Assembly: GCA_907165135.1 (NCBI GenBank)
Contig: OU015568.1
Coordinates: 2,914,001-2,978,000, forward strand
Origin: Oikopleura dioica
Lineage: Eukaryota; Animalia; Chordata
Length of the DNA stretch: 64,000 nt
Direction: 5' to 3'
Within the stretch, counting starts at the first letter, position 1. The number at the start of each line of letters is the position of its first letter. The notes beneath the pieces are model-generated. The model ran no database searches. It had not been told where the DNA came from and worked only from the letters and a program-made list of their open reading frames with translations. This document shows positions 23,201 through 36,002 of this stretch, piece by piece. The translations under genes were made by a program, and so were the position numbers.

Positions 23201-26200
23201 GCTCCCGCTGGCAAATGAAATTTTAGCCCTCCCATTCTAGCGTTTTCCCAAAAACGACAAATTCAAACGACGACCTTTTTTGATCGATGGGAAAACGACC
23301 TTATCCAAAACTATTGTATTTCAAAATTGAGCGACTTAAAAAGTTTTCACTCAAGAAAGATAGATAACTTTTCTTCCCAGATGGGGCTTTTTGGCTAAAT
23401 CTGAAATATTGAGATTCTGAATTTCTGAAATCCTCAAATCTTGCATTTTTTCAAAAATCCAAAGAGCCACTTGTCGACTCTCAGCGAGGTTCATTCGTTT
23501 TCTCAAGTGACGCGGATAAGACCGCTCTCCAGCGCCAACTTGAGGTTTATTTTTTCTGCATCATATGATGCATTACAAGCACAAGACTCCTAAGAATCAT
23601 CAGCTAGTAAGATTCTGCATGTTATAATGTATTTTTAGGGCAAATTTGAAAATATAACGAGACTCCCTTATTATCAATTTACAGTAATTTGTCTACGGTT
23701 CAAGTCATAACTTTCTGGCAGAGTTTATAAACAGATCTGAAATGCCTTTCCCATAGCAGTAGTTATACGATTGAAAAATGGAACGGCGCGGTAATTACGT
23801 TTCAGAATTCTTGTGGGCGCAGGTACCCGGGCTTAAATTGCTGCCTCAAAGGAAACCGAGTCGAGTTTTAGATTGAGGTTCTTTCACGATTTTCAATCCC
23901 CGCAAAATATGTTCATGCGTTTTTTCGTGTTTCTGTTCCTTCCTATTCGAAAAACGAAATTTATCTATAAACAGAGAATTTAATTAATTGATCTTTTTTC
24001 TTGCTTCTAAAATCTTGCTGTTTGATATAAAATGTTAGATAATTGCCTGTAAATATTCACTTCATTAATGAGCATATTTTATGATCGAAAAAGTCATCCA
24101 ATTTTCTAACCAAAAAACTAGAGACAGGACCTTGTATGGACCACCAATGGTGGCATAATGTGAATGCCTGCCTGTGTAGATACCTGAGTCAGGGTCCTGA
24201 GCAGTATTTTTCAAGTTCTTTTTCAGGACTCTAAGTCAGGTTTCTACGCAGGTAACCCTTCATAAATATACAGTAAAAGATCAATTATGCTCGAAAATGA
24301 GAGCTGGAAGTCCAACTGGAAGACTTTTAAGTCCCTATTTTGGCTAGTATGGGAATATGCTAATCCATATTATTCACCGCTCAGAGGGAAATTCCTTCGC
24401 CAAGTGGCACGTGACTGAGTTCAGGATTTACCACGCTCAAGTGCGTGGGAACGGAATGCTTACACGGACGACAAAAGAGATTTTTCGCCCTGTTTTGTTA
24501 GTAGCAACTAGTACAGTTACTCTCTGTTTGGACCTGTTCCTTTTAGGAGAAGTTGGCGAGGTCGGATTCGTGCGGTCGAGGGAGCGGCGCTTGACGAAAT
24601 CGCGCAGTTTTTCGCGAATGTTGTCTGGGTTTGATTTTACAGGCAGATGCGCTAGAATCTAGTAGAATTTTCTCTAAATTGGAAAACGTACAGGAGCCAT
24701 TGGAAGGGGCAGAAGAGCGGCTAATATCAGCCAGGTCGGAAATACTCTGACTTCTTCGCGTCTCTGGCGGCGGCACGGAACGACGAGTTACAGGCCTAAA
24801 CGATTACAGTAACTCGACTGCATATGCATCGGAATTGAACTGGCTACCTGTTGAGAGCAGCAATCATCTCCTCGTCTCTGAGAGGCGCACTCGATTTCGA
24901 AATCTCCAAAATCGGTTCCGAGCGCCGCGGTTGACGATGATTCTGATTCTGTGGGTTGATGCCCCTCTTCGGCGAGATGCACAGTTCTTTTCTCTTCAAA
25001 CTCGTCCTGCGCAAAACCTGAGCGGTCACTTGCGAGTTGATATAAGTCGAAATATCGTCTTGGAAGAGATCGTCCTTGGCCTCGTCTTTTTGATGGATAC
25101 AAAATTTGGTACTCGACTAAAGGGGGTGATCAATCAAAATTTGGAAAAATTTGAAAAGGAAGAACCTTGAGCCAGAATAAACAAAACAAAAAAATGGAAA
25201 TTTACCACGATTTTCGCGATTCGGTTTTATCTTCATAAAAAAACGAATGAATTTCAAGAAAAAATACTGCAACTTCTGTCGATTTTAATTAAACCCTAAA
25301 CAGCGCGCAAAGTGCCAATTTCGCGCTGCAATTTTCGCACTAAAGGGGAGAAGCAATTAACCTCTCCAAATTCCAAATTATCGCCGGAGCTTCTTGAAAA
25401 AAGGCTTATATTTTAAATTATGAATTGGATGAGTCAAATACGCTCGCGGTACTCATCGCACGAAATTCCGTTTAGCCTTCTAGTTTATTTAAAAAAAGCC
25501 TTTATCCGGGCGCAGCGTGGATAATCGCTTTGTAGAAATGGGCTCCTGTCAGGGCCACAGGACGATAAAGGAACGTGGGGCGGAATGCTCGCTAGAATTT
25601 TGGTGCGACTGTAGATACCTGATTAGCCGAACTAATGTGTTACGTTCTAGCGCGCCCACTAAGTGTCCTAATAAGGGTTTACAAACGTAAAAGTACAAAA
25701 AAAAAAATCGAGAAAAATCGCTATTTATACGCTGTTACAGTACGTTCTGTGAAAGAAAAGAGGACCCGAGTAGATCGCCATATGTCCCCGAAAGCTCAAG
25801 GGCTTTGCACAACATATGTCCTTTTCACTCGGCCCAGAACCTCTTCAAAATGAATAGCTGCTCGCCCATTGTCCCGCAATATGTCTCCCTGTTCTGTAGA
25901 TTCAATTGCGCCATTATTGTTTGGCCGCCTCTTGGTTGATTAAGGGCCCCTACTGCATTTAGCTTTTGACTCTAAAAATATTTTCATGAACAGGCAAAAA
26001 GGATCATCCAAGATTATCCTGCTATCGCTTTTGAAATGTAAACGGAGGAATTTGAGGTTTGGAACTATGATCGCTATCGCATCATTTTTCGAATTCGAAA
26101 TGTCAGATAATTTATCTTTTCTGCAGTTGATTACAGTAACACTCCTTTTTTCTAAAATTGAAGGGTCTTTCTAAATGCCTCTGTAACTAGAAAATACATA

Positions 26201-28412
26201 ACTAGCCAAAGGTAATGCATAATCTTGCGTTTTCATACCCACAAATTTCGAGCCGCAGGTTTTCTTTCTTGTGGCTCCTAGAATTAATGAATTCTCCTTC
26301 ATATACAAACATACAGGTAATTTTATTCCTAGCAACTTTTTTCTATGATGAGAATTTTCATCGTTTCCTGTTGGTTTGAAAGAACTAAAGACCGGAAATT
26401 TGAACTCAGTCCAATTACACGAAAAGAGGCGGCTCTCCTGTCTGCTGTGCTCCTTAATCTTTTCATTGTTCCGTTTTTTTTGGCGAACAATTAGCACGGT
26501 GCGAAATAATTTACTGCCCAGTAGCGGATGCGCCAGGTTATAACCGCGACAATACTGAACAAAACCGCCGCCAGAAGAATACACTTCTATTCGAAAACTG
26601 AAAAATATATTTCCAACTAAGTTTCTAAACCTAATTCGCGTGTTCACCCAGCCGCCAAGCTACCGCAGAATTAGGTAAAAAAGAAAGTTTTTCGTGCATC
26701 TTTTCCGAATCAAAGGGGGCCAGTTTTATTACTGTATGCATTTTCTTCCGCAAAAAATCTTCTTGGCTTTTTTGAAGACCCTTTCAGGACCCTGACTCAG
26801 GTTTTCTACACAGGTTACTACGGAAAGACTTTGAATAAATAGAAAATCGACGTTAATATAATTTCTTGGAAGTGACTTAGTACCGTAATTCCTTGTTCCT
26901 TCCTGATAAGAACGAACATGTAAGGAAAAACTTTTCGGAAAAAAAAAGTAACTCGTGGAAAAACGAGATAGAACACGCAAAATGCATCCGGATAGGAGCA
27001 ATTACGGGGACGAGTTGTGTCCACTTCTGGAGCAACAAAAAGCGAGCCGATCCCTCGACAGGCGAAGTGACAAGCACCTGCGGAAGTGGCAGTCGGATAA
27101 CCGCCCCGGCCCCGACTTGATCAAGCTTCTACTAATTCCAAGCTATAAGTTGGCCTATCGGAAAGTGGAAACAGGAGGTGCTCTCTTATACTTTTAGTCG
27201 CATTTTACGAGAAGGATACGCAAGTTATCAGTAGAAGCTTACTCAATAACAGTCTGTTTTAGATCGAGAAGCCGCTTGCGGCTCTGAGTGAAACCAAAGT
27301 TGAGCCGCGCGTAGCGCGGTTTTTACTCGAAGCCGCAAGTGGCTTTTCGATCTATAACAGACCGTTATTGAGAAAGTTTTAACTGATAACTAACGTAAAT
27401 TTCTCAAGAAAATTTATTTCAGAAACAAGGTGCAAAAATCCAAGATAGCACTTGTTTGATCCAAACAATTTAGCTTTCCAAGAGGCAGTTTTGCTTCCTT
27501 TGCAATCCTGTCTACTTCTTTTAACTCCATTTCCGCGTTATCTTATCAAGCGTTCTTTTTTGCGCAAAAGGCATGTGTTCCGTGTCCAGCATACACATTA
27601 CCAGGTTAAGTCGCTTATCGCCCAACCGGCTGGTCAAAAAAGATGAGAAAAGCACGCTCCACTGAGCCCGGCACACCACATTTTGACGCTAATTGCCTCC
27701 TTGCATTCCCTAATTCCATTCCCGACATTCCAAACAAGGCGAAAAAAAGGGGGACACAAAAGTAGGGGTGACAAAAAGAAAAAGTCTGAACACCTGCAAA
27801 ACAAAGAATAAGCTTTTGGAAGAGAGGGCTTTAGAAGCAGATTTTGTGGTTTTGGGAGCATTTAGCAAAGGTGGGGCGAAATCGCGGTTCAAATTCAAGC
27901 AGGCGAAAGAAAAGGAGACGATAAGGGGAAGTTCATAATAAGGACCTACCTTAGGTACACTGGACTTACGAATCCCGCATAACAACAAAAAATTGATAAA
28001 AATCCATTAAAATCAGAGTTCTAGTCATTATCAAAAGAAGGTTCTAAAAAGCTGAGCTGAGTCTTTGCCCCGATAAGAAACGCGTCTTATCATCCCGTCC
28101 ATAATTTTTCCATTAACTCTGCTGCTATCCGTTTTTTGCGCGTTTTATCTAAAACGAGCTGGCCTTGATTACGCTCCTCATTACCCGCTCATTCCCGTAA
28201 ATTTCCACTATTACAATCAACATTAATTTTGTATCCATTCCTACACCAGTAATCGAGGACGAGCGCGAGTGCATGAAGCTCGAAGTATTCCCGCTCGCAT
28301 TGAAAGAAGTTGGCGCTGGGGAGGAATTTTGAGCAGCGTTGTTCCCAGAAGAAGCAGGTTCTTTCCATCGCTCCAAATTTTCGCGGATCGAAGGCGCTTG
28401 CTTGATCACCGG
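20267..28412 (-). CDS. SHROOM: Shroom-family actin/ROCK scaffold (ASD1-like + ASD2); 5' end not resolved
   Basis: ASD2: NLKEEVILGYRDNESFGESVNAIIKDKC..KYMLFVEDIE..KLAGRLMRAEASLKN..EEFDDFLKYVQEKRQYLDEQCQIEEKIRVFESQL. ASD1-type motif AQVLRRTSLKRKEL near 25000. Long S/P-rich exons lie between them. Confidence 0.85.
24171..24252. mobile_element. Short palindromic MITE, CCTGAGTCAGG family
   Basis: CCTGTGTAGATACCTGAGTCAGGGTCCTGA ... TCAGGACTCTAAGTCAGGTTTCTACGCAGG; related copies at 26782 and 29327. Confidence 0.7.
26782..26821. repeat. Solo arm of the CCTGAGTCAGG-family MITE
   Basis: TTTCAGGACCCTGACTCAGGTTTTCTACACAGGTTACTA matches the right arm of 29327-29419. Confidence 0.7.
27223..27391. mobile_element. 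Palindromic MITE, GCCGCAAGCGGC family
   Basis: ~70-bp imperfect arms AGTTATCAGT..CTCAATAACAGTCTGTTTTAGATCGAGAAGCCGCTTGCGGCT and their inverse; shorter relatives at 44780-44864, ~49200 and ~31455. Confidence 0.75.
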
Positions 28413-28851
28413 CTGAAATAAAGAAGGGTTAGTATTTAGGGTAATTACTGTTGATGGATAATTCATTTTTCTTCAATGCGATTTTTGAAACAAACTCAAT
28501 TTTCTTCACGTGCAAATCCGGAAACATGAAAAAGGTTTTCTCTCAAAATACAGCCCAATTTAAAATTTTCCCTCCCCGGAAATCGTGCTCACGAGATCAC
28601 GTGACGAATTTTTTAGGGCTTCTCTTCCCTAGTCATTTTTTTGGAGAAAAGGGTGACGCGATTTTCACACACGTCTGCGGTTTTCGCCACAATAATAAAA
28701 TTATGCAAATGTCGCGAGTTTTTCTTGCTAAAGTAAAGATTTTCTTTAAAAATAAATTTCACGCTCTGACGTCGCCAGATATCCGGACGCGCTTTTTGCT
28801 TGACAAAATACTGTAAGAACTCTTGCTTACTAAAAGTTCAAATTTTAAGGG

Positions 28852-28930
28852 AGTGATACCCTTAAGATTTTTCGTTATCATCTTTTAGGTAAGTTTGATT
28901 TTTCAGGCCGAAAATCTTAAGGGTATCACT
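28852..28930. repeat. Short inverted repeat
   Basis: AGTGATACCCTTAAGATTTTTCG ... CGAAAATCTTAAGGGTATCACT. Confidence 0.7.
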
Positions 28931-29326
28931 TCGAAATACCAGATTTATATTTAATTACTAATAAATGTTTGAAAAAAATGCTTCTTATAAATTTTCTCTA
29001 CTTTTTTTACAAACAAACAAAAAACGAAGGCTCCACCCTTCTTTCTCATTCCGATCTTGTTTAAAACTAGCAGTTGTATGTTTTGAAAATGGTACTCTTC
29101 CGCCAGTACTCAACTCAAAATAAATGAAAAACATGTCGATCCCAAATCTTATCAAGCTTATTTTTTTTGAAAAGTTACAATAAATTCTTAAGATTCTACT
29201 TTTTTCGTTCATTTTCTTACAAGCATGTCTAATTCGATTTTACAGTCGCTCAAAAACACAGTAATTATATGAAGAAAAAACTGACCAGGGTCAATATCTT
29301 CGCAGAAAAAAAGAAGCAAAAAAAGC

Positions 29327-29419
29327 AGTAACCTGTGTAAAAACCTGAGTCAGGGTTCTGAAAGAGCCATAATTAAAAAGCCGTTTCAGAACCCTGACTC
29401 AGGTTTTCTACACAAGCTG
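29327..29419. mobile_element. Short palindromic MITE, CCTGAGTCAGG family
   Basis: CAGTAACCTGTGTAAAAACCTGAGTCAGGGTTCTGAAA ... TTTCAGAACCCTGACTCAGGTTTTCTACACAAGCTG. Confidence 0.8.
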
Positions 29420-31606
29420 CTGAGCTCAGAAATTCCTTCTCAAGAAATCTGATCCTCTCAGAATCTCAGACTGATGACACAATCATCTTTGTCCGTAAAA
29501 AGCTTCGTCATGGTCATGGATACGATGATTTGTGATGAAAAGCATCAACTCACCCTTGACGGGTTAGATTTCCTTTTTGTTTATTTTTCCGGGACCTGTA
29601 GCCACGTTTTTTTCTTGTTTTAGAAACAGAATGCTTTGAATTTTTAAATCAATCTTTTGGTCTCGAAATGTTTTAAAACAGGCAAAGGTCAACTTGATAA
29701 ATTAAGGGAGGTCGACATTAGAAGCATCTAACTTTAAAATAATTCGTGTTAAAAATGAAACAAGTTTCGTTACTCGAGAAAAATGGGCTTATTTTGAATG
29801 CGGGCGGAGTTAAAAATAATAAATCCTCGAGTTCAGATTTTTCGTAAATAATGAAACTAATCTCATCGGATTACGAGCCGATCACCTGAAAATCAAAATA
29901 TTTGCGCTGGAGCGCGTTATTACACGCACGTCAAATTCCGAATTTGCGCTTCTGAATTTTTCTCTCCCGGCGAAAAAAAAGCAGGGCGAAAGGTTAACCC
30001 GGTTTCATTTTATAATAAGAGCTTTGAGAACTTTCTCTTCAAAATCTTGTTTATCGCTTTTTTTGTGATTATAATTTCGAGCCGAAAATTTGCTTCAGTC
30101 ATAAAGCAAAATGAGCGAAGCAAATTTTCGCTTCGAAATCTTTTTTGCCTTTTTCCCTACAAAAATTTGAGTCAGAGATTCGCTTCGCTTCCTGTGCTTT
30201 CAGTTTGAAGCGAATCTTCGACTCAAAATTTTTAGATCGAAAACAGGCAAAGTTAAAATTTTTAGCGAATATTCTGTTCCTCCTATCAAGGGTCAATTTT
30301 GCGTCGTAATAATTGAAACTAGTTATGTTTATTTAAACGCAATGATCCTAATTTACTGCCCTGGGGGACGTGTTATTTGAAAAGGTGCCGGAAGCGGTAA
30401 CCAAAACGAAATAATGATGTCACAATTTACTCTCGCCGTAATCATGGGCAATTTACGGAGCAAGTACGGCGTCAGGGGCAAATATTAAATATTTGAAAAT
30501 TTGGGCACGTGAATTTGACTTTTACTATTCACTTTTACGCGGAAATATCATTTATTACACTGCCGTTTCCGGAATTTGGGCGAAAAAAGGATGAAATAAA
30601 ATGGAATTTAAAGGGCTGAAGCTTTTTTTAAGGTTGTAGCACGCGATAAAAATGTATTTCAAGAACTCTTGCTGCCAAAGAATCAGTTTTCTTTCGTTAA
30701 TTTTCCTAATAAAAATAATTAATAAATTAAATTTTTGCTGTTTATCAAAATCTTACGCGATGAAAGATCATTTTTTTCGTGTCAAAAGCCTTTAAAATAC
30801 TCATTTCATCGCTTCCTATGCCCTCAGTACACACAAATGCAAATAAGGGGGTGTCTTACCTTAACTTTCGCCGTAGGCTTATTAACAAGTCTTCCAAAGG
30901 GTTGTTGCTTTGGCAAATTATTGGAATTATTTTCCATTTTCTTTCAAATTCTTTCTTCTTCAGTTTTATTATCTTCTATTTTTTCTCTTTGAAATTCTAG
31001 CGGCCATCTTTTTTTCTTTCTTCTTTGTTTGTCTCTCTTTCTTTCTTTGTTTTTATTGACTTACATTTTAATTAAAAATTTTTAAAATTGCAATTTTTGA
31101 AATTGAAAAATTCAAACTTGGCGAAAGCAAAAAAAGAGAAAAAACGCGGCTTGGGAGCTCGAGTTTGAGAAAAAGAGCGCGGCGCCGCCCACGCCAGGCG
31201 GAGCTCTTTTTTGGCGCAAGAGCGCACCTACGCAACTCCACCACCAGATCAAGTCCGCGAACTTGAATCGCCCCCACAGCGCCCAGCGAAATGACTCTGG
31301 AATGCGCAACATTCTTATTATAGCGATTTTACAGTAATTTTTGTATCTTTTCTAGAATTAGATTTTCTAGGCAAAAAAAAAAAAATTTACAATTGTAAGC
31401 TCCTGAGCAAAAGTTTTAATTCGCTGGAGCCGCTGTAAGACTCCGTTCTTAAAAAAGCCGCATCGCGGCTTTTCATTCAAGATCTTTCAGTCTTTCGGAT
31501 TTTTACACAGGCTACTCAGTGCATCAAGTATGCGAAGTAATTGATAATAGTAATTGATGATAATTAATAAAGTTTTTATTCTGGTAAAACTTGTATTAAG
31601 TGCAAA

Positions 31607-32645
31607 TTACAGAGCATTTTGTGCGATAGTGTAATTCAACTCAGCAATTTCTTTCTCGATGAAGCCGTTTCTCAAATTTTGGAATCGCTGCGCTTTCAGA
31701 ATCTTCTTGTAGAATTCCGCATCTTTGAAATACGCACCCATCCAAGCGATGAGAACAAGGAAGACGAGCATGATCGTATCGAAGGCGACATGGCTAGTCA
31801 GCTGATTGTTTGAATCGAAGGGGAGGAAGATGTTGATGCTACTGAGAACAAGAAGGAGTAAGGAGATGCCGAAAAGATAGGCCAGAGAAATTGTGTAGAG
31901 ATGGAGGAGACGTTCGGTTTCGTTGGCGCATTCTTCCTGATAAGGATGAATACGAGGGGTCCCGAAGTGGAGGGGGCGTAGGAGTTGATTAAAATCTTAC
32001 CTTGACATAATTCTTGAGATGATGTTTGAGCTCGTCCACCGAAGCTTGTTGAGGTCCAGTTTCTTCGTTTTCGTTTGCTTCTTCTATCAGCGTCGCTACT
32101 TTCTGCTTCTTTATTGAGTGTCTAAAAATGAATTTTGATCAAAGAAGGAAGAAGGGTTCTCACCGTCGAGCATTTTGACTTGTGGCGGAAATTGCAAAGG
32201 CTGATTTTTCGTCGTATTTTGAAAGTTTTATGTCGGACTGACGAACTGACACGGTCGATTTGCTGGAACTGATGGAATTTGACCGAGCGGGTTTGATTGG
32301 AGACACTGCGTTTTGAGAGACTTTCTCAGTTGTTGGGATTTGGACTGAAGAGGTTGAATGAAAGCCTTCATTGAAAAGGGAGGAGAAAATGACTTACTGG
32401 AGAGCTTTCTTTGTCGAGTTGGATGTTTGTGCTTTTGCTTTTCTTTCTCTTTGATGACCTAGAAAAATGAGTCAATTCTAGATTCATGGATTCTTCTTTT
32501 ATCGGACCAAATAGTAACTGAGGGTGTTAAATGAATTACAACTTGTAAGTGAAGCTGATAAATTACAGGAAGGTAGTCTCGCTTCTACCTTGTCTTCATC
32601 TTCCGGCTCGGGGGCTTTTCTCTGCGGGAGTTCCTGTTTTTCCAT
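31607..32645 (-). CDS. Uncharacterised protein with a low-complexity N-terminus and two C-terminal TM helices
   Basis: Spliced frame ..ELKHHLKNYVK/EECANETERLLHLYTISLAYLFGISLLLLVLSSINIFLPF..FDTIMLVFLVLIAWMGAYF..AQNAL-TAA; probable ATG at 32645 (MEKQELPQRK). Confidence 0.7.
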
Positions 32646-32949
32646 TTTTTTACTTCGCTCTGGAGAAGGAAAATGGGAAAATTGAAAACAAAAATTAGCA
32701 TCTAGAGAAAAAACCATATCATCTAGAGATACTCTTGCCAATCCCGATTACTGGCAATACTGTATTGCGCATACAAAAATTATTGATAAGTTTTTCAACA
32801 GATTTGAACTCTTCCACTCATTAGATACAGTTATTAACCTCGAATAAGCATGCTCAGTAAGATAATTTCTAAAATCAGATATCGTGTTATTAGTTTATTG
32901 CCAATAAATTATTGGGTTTATTCGAGTACAGTTACAGTATCTGCCAAAA

Positions 32950-33583
32950 CTACTCGCAGCAGCCATCATCCCTAAAGACAGATTTATACGGTAAAATCTT
33001 CTTGTTCCATGTTACCTTGTTCCCGAATTCGATCGGAGAACGGCTTGGAAGACGAAGTATCCAACAGTCAGACCAACAACAGCTGCGAAAAAGATTCCAG
33101 GGTGGAAAGTCATGACAGCTAGCATCAGAATGTATCCAAAGGTGATTTGGACAAAGTGAAGGAGAGAGGAGCCAAGAGCATAGAGCCATTTGCTCGAGGT
33201 GCCGAACGAGTTGTTTTGCTTTCTCGCGATTTTGGCTTTACCGAACTAAAGGAGCTCGAGTTTAGTAAGAGCTTGGGGAAAAAGAGTACCTTGATGAATT
33301 CGACCAGAAACCCTAGAATGCCAATGACGACGCATGTCCAAGCAACATCTCCAGTATTTTCGACGTTCCACTTTTTGAAGATGAAGCCTTGAATCGGAAG
33401 AATCTTGTTGAAAGCGAGAAAATGCCCTGTCCCATGCGAAAGGTCTGCAAAAAGAGAATCAGCTACTTTTGAAGATAAAAGAAATTTACCGGCTCCGTGA
33501 TCTCCATGATTACCTTCCATATTGTGCCCCGTATGGTCCATATTTTCGCCCATATTGCCGTCCATATCCATCCCGTTTTCCAT
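32950..33583 (-). CDS. SLC31A1: High-affinity copper transporter CTR1
   Basis: Met/His-rich N-terminus MENGMDMDGNMGENMDHTGHNMEGNHGDHG; FIFKKWNV; TM2 LLHFVQITFGYILMLAVMTF (MxxxM); TM3 with GLTVGY; C-terminal DDGCCE. Confidence 0.93.
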
Positions 33584-34679
33584 ATTTATATTGTCCGTTT
33601 TTTCTCTGGTCAAGAATCAAATTCGAAAATTGAAATAACTTTTGAATTCGGGCTTTATAAATCAACGAATTATGGCTCTGAAATGGCCCCCGAAGTCGAT
33701 TTTACGACAGTTTCTTTGATAAAATCTTCATTGTCCCATAAAAGAATGTGATTATGTAACACAAGCTAATAAAGTTCAGAAACTCATGATTGATTTTCTG
33801 ATAAAATTGGTTATAGTTAGAAACGAACTTTTCCAAAACGATCAAATATTTTCTCGTCCAAGTTTAAACCGAGTATAAGAAGAACGGAAAGAATACTGTC
33901 GATGAAAAGACCGGCTCAGCGGGATAAGAACTGATCGTTTCTTCGACCTTTTGTGCGATTACAAGGCCCTACTTTCTGAAAAAAAAAACTTAGAATTTCC
34001 AATTCTCAGTTCATTGCAGACATGAGTAAATGCGTTTTAACAGTGATTGAAGACAAGTAAAGAGGATGATTTTGTTGGAACAGGCGCTGCCACGAGACGT
34101 CAGAGCAAATTAAATCTGTTTACAGTTATTTACAGCAGGGTTTAAACCATGTTAACATTCATTTTTCAACAGAGAATATATTTTCGCCCTGATTGTGGAA
34201 AAACCAAATAACCTCTTTTTCTGCAAGTTCATTTCTTTTTCAAAATTTTCTGTTGAAAAATCCCTTGCTCTTTTCCATACTCTAACCCTAACCCTTATTT
34301 TTGCAATCAGGAGAAAAAAAAAGGAAGTTTAAAAGCTAAATGTCCTGTTCTTTTTTAACCCGTTTTAAAATTTAAAGCTTTTCTATATCTTCTCCATCAA
34401 CATTGCCGCTTCAATTCTGTCATCTCCTGTTTAATATAAGCGCTCATCCTTTTTAAATATACTGTGCTGGCCCAGTAAATATACAGGGGTCGCTCCAGAG
34501 CATCCTTTTCTGCGACCAGAACGCAAAATTATTGCTTATTCAAATTTTAAATTCAGATAAAAAAAGTAAAATTGCGTCTGGCGTGAGCGGTTTCTCTTGT
34601 GGTAGCTCGATATTGCAAAGGATAGAAAAAAGAAACATGGGAACTGGAGTTTAGACGCTTCGAAAATACAGTCAGAGAC

Positions 34680-35659
34680 ATGGAAAGAGACGGAAATGAT
34701 GCCTGTAACTCGAGGAGCGCCAGTGGCAGGGCTTTTGCTGGAGAATCGCCGAGATTTTTTAAAGCGAGAAATTCATCTGTGAGAAGTTATGTGGCGATAA
34801 GCATGTTGGAAGACTGTTGCTCAGAAGCGAGTTTGATTCTGACTGTAAGTACTTAGAGACATGCAAAATTTTTCTCGAGAATCCTAATTTTACTGTCAAT
34901 TAGTTTCTAAGATAGTCTAATTTATGCATAGCTAATTAAGGGAAAAAGAGAAAACACGTGACATCTGTTGATTGAGATCTTAGGCTCATATGCACCTAGA
35001 TCCATATTTATTTTTGACGCAAGCAACATTTTGGAAGGAATAAAAATACGTATGTCTGCATTTGCCCTTTGAGCTCTGCTCTCCAAATTATCATGACTAG
35101 GGATGCAAAACAAGACCTGATTAAAATTCGCTTCGCTTAGTTTTAATCATGGGATTCTCCAAGATTCATGAACTTGGCACTGTCCTTTCCATCCATGGCG
35201 AATTCGATCCGGGCTATGTGAAGTGAAAACTAATTCTTCTAGACAACTCTGTGTTTAATCAAAAAACAGTGGTATGATACAGTATCTTAGATGCTTATAG
35301 ACGGAAGGCACAAAAGTCGCCGAAAATGACGTCTTCAACTGCAATTACTGTAATTGACCCGGTAATTTAAGGTCTTCATCATTGCAACTGCGTCTGGCGG
35401 ATTAACTGCCTTTTACGCAGAATCCAAGCTCCACAGGGCAACGAGAGTATTCGGGTACACTCACAAAGACGCCTACAAAATCAGCTCTGCCTTCTTCATC
35501 GTCACTTCTTTACTCGTTTGTACATTGCTTCTGCTCTGTGTGAGGTGAGTTTATTGCTTATACTCGGCTTTTCATTTGATTTTCAGAAACTCGGCAAAGA
35601 GCCGCGAAAGGTTTTCGAATCTCTCCACTTCTACTCACACGACTGTTTCTGCCTAAATA
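34680..35659 (+). CDS. Possible small single-pass membrane protein (exon chain not resolved)
   Basis: Exon-like blocks with GT/AG flanks. The penultimate block reads AYKISSAFFIVTSLLVCTLLLLCVR; the last reads NSAKSRERFSNLSTSTHTTVSA-TAA followed by AATAAA. Upstream phases do not join cleanly. Confidence 0.35.
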
Positions 35660-36002
35660 AAAGTCTATTTCTCTCAATTTTCATTTGATCAAAGCTTCTT
35701 ATTAGTAAGCGTTAGATGATTCCAAAATAACTTCACGAGAAAATCATCTTCCGAGTTTCAAAGTTCAATCATATCATCATGGAAAGAAATCCGTTTCTAC
35801 TCACGCGCCTCGGGCGAGATCAGAAGCTTTCTTGTCACTATCAGTAAGCTGTTTGTCACCCTTCTTTATTCCACCGTACGGGCCGGACCTGCGCAAATAT
35901 GACATTACGTACTGTCGATTTTTACGTAGCGCCTGACGTTCTCTATAAAAACCAGCTCGAATCGCTCTCCTCCAAAACGAAAAAAACGAATCAGAAAAAG
36001 AA

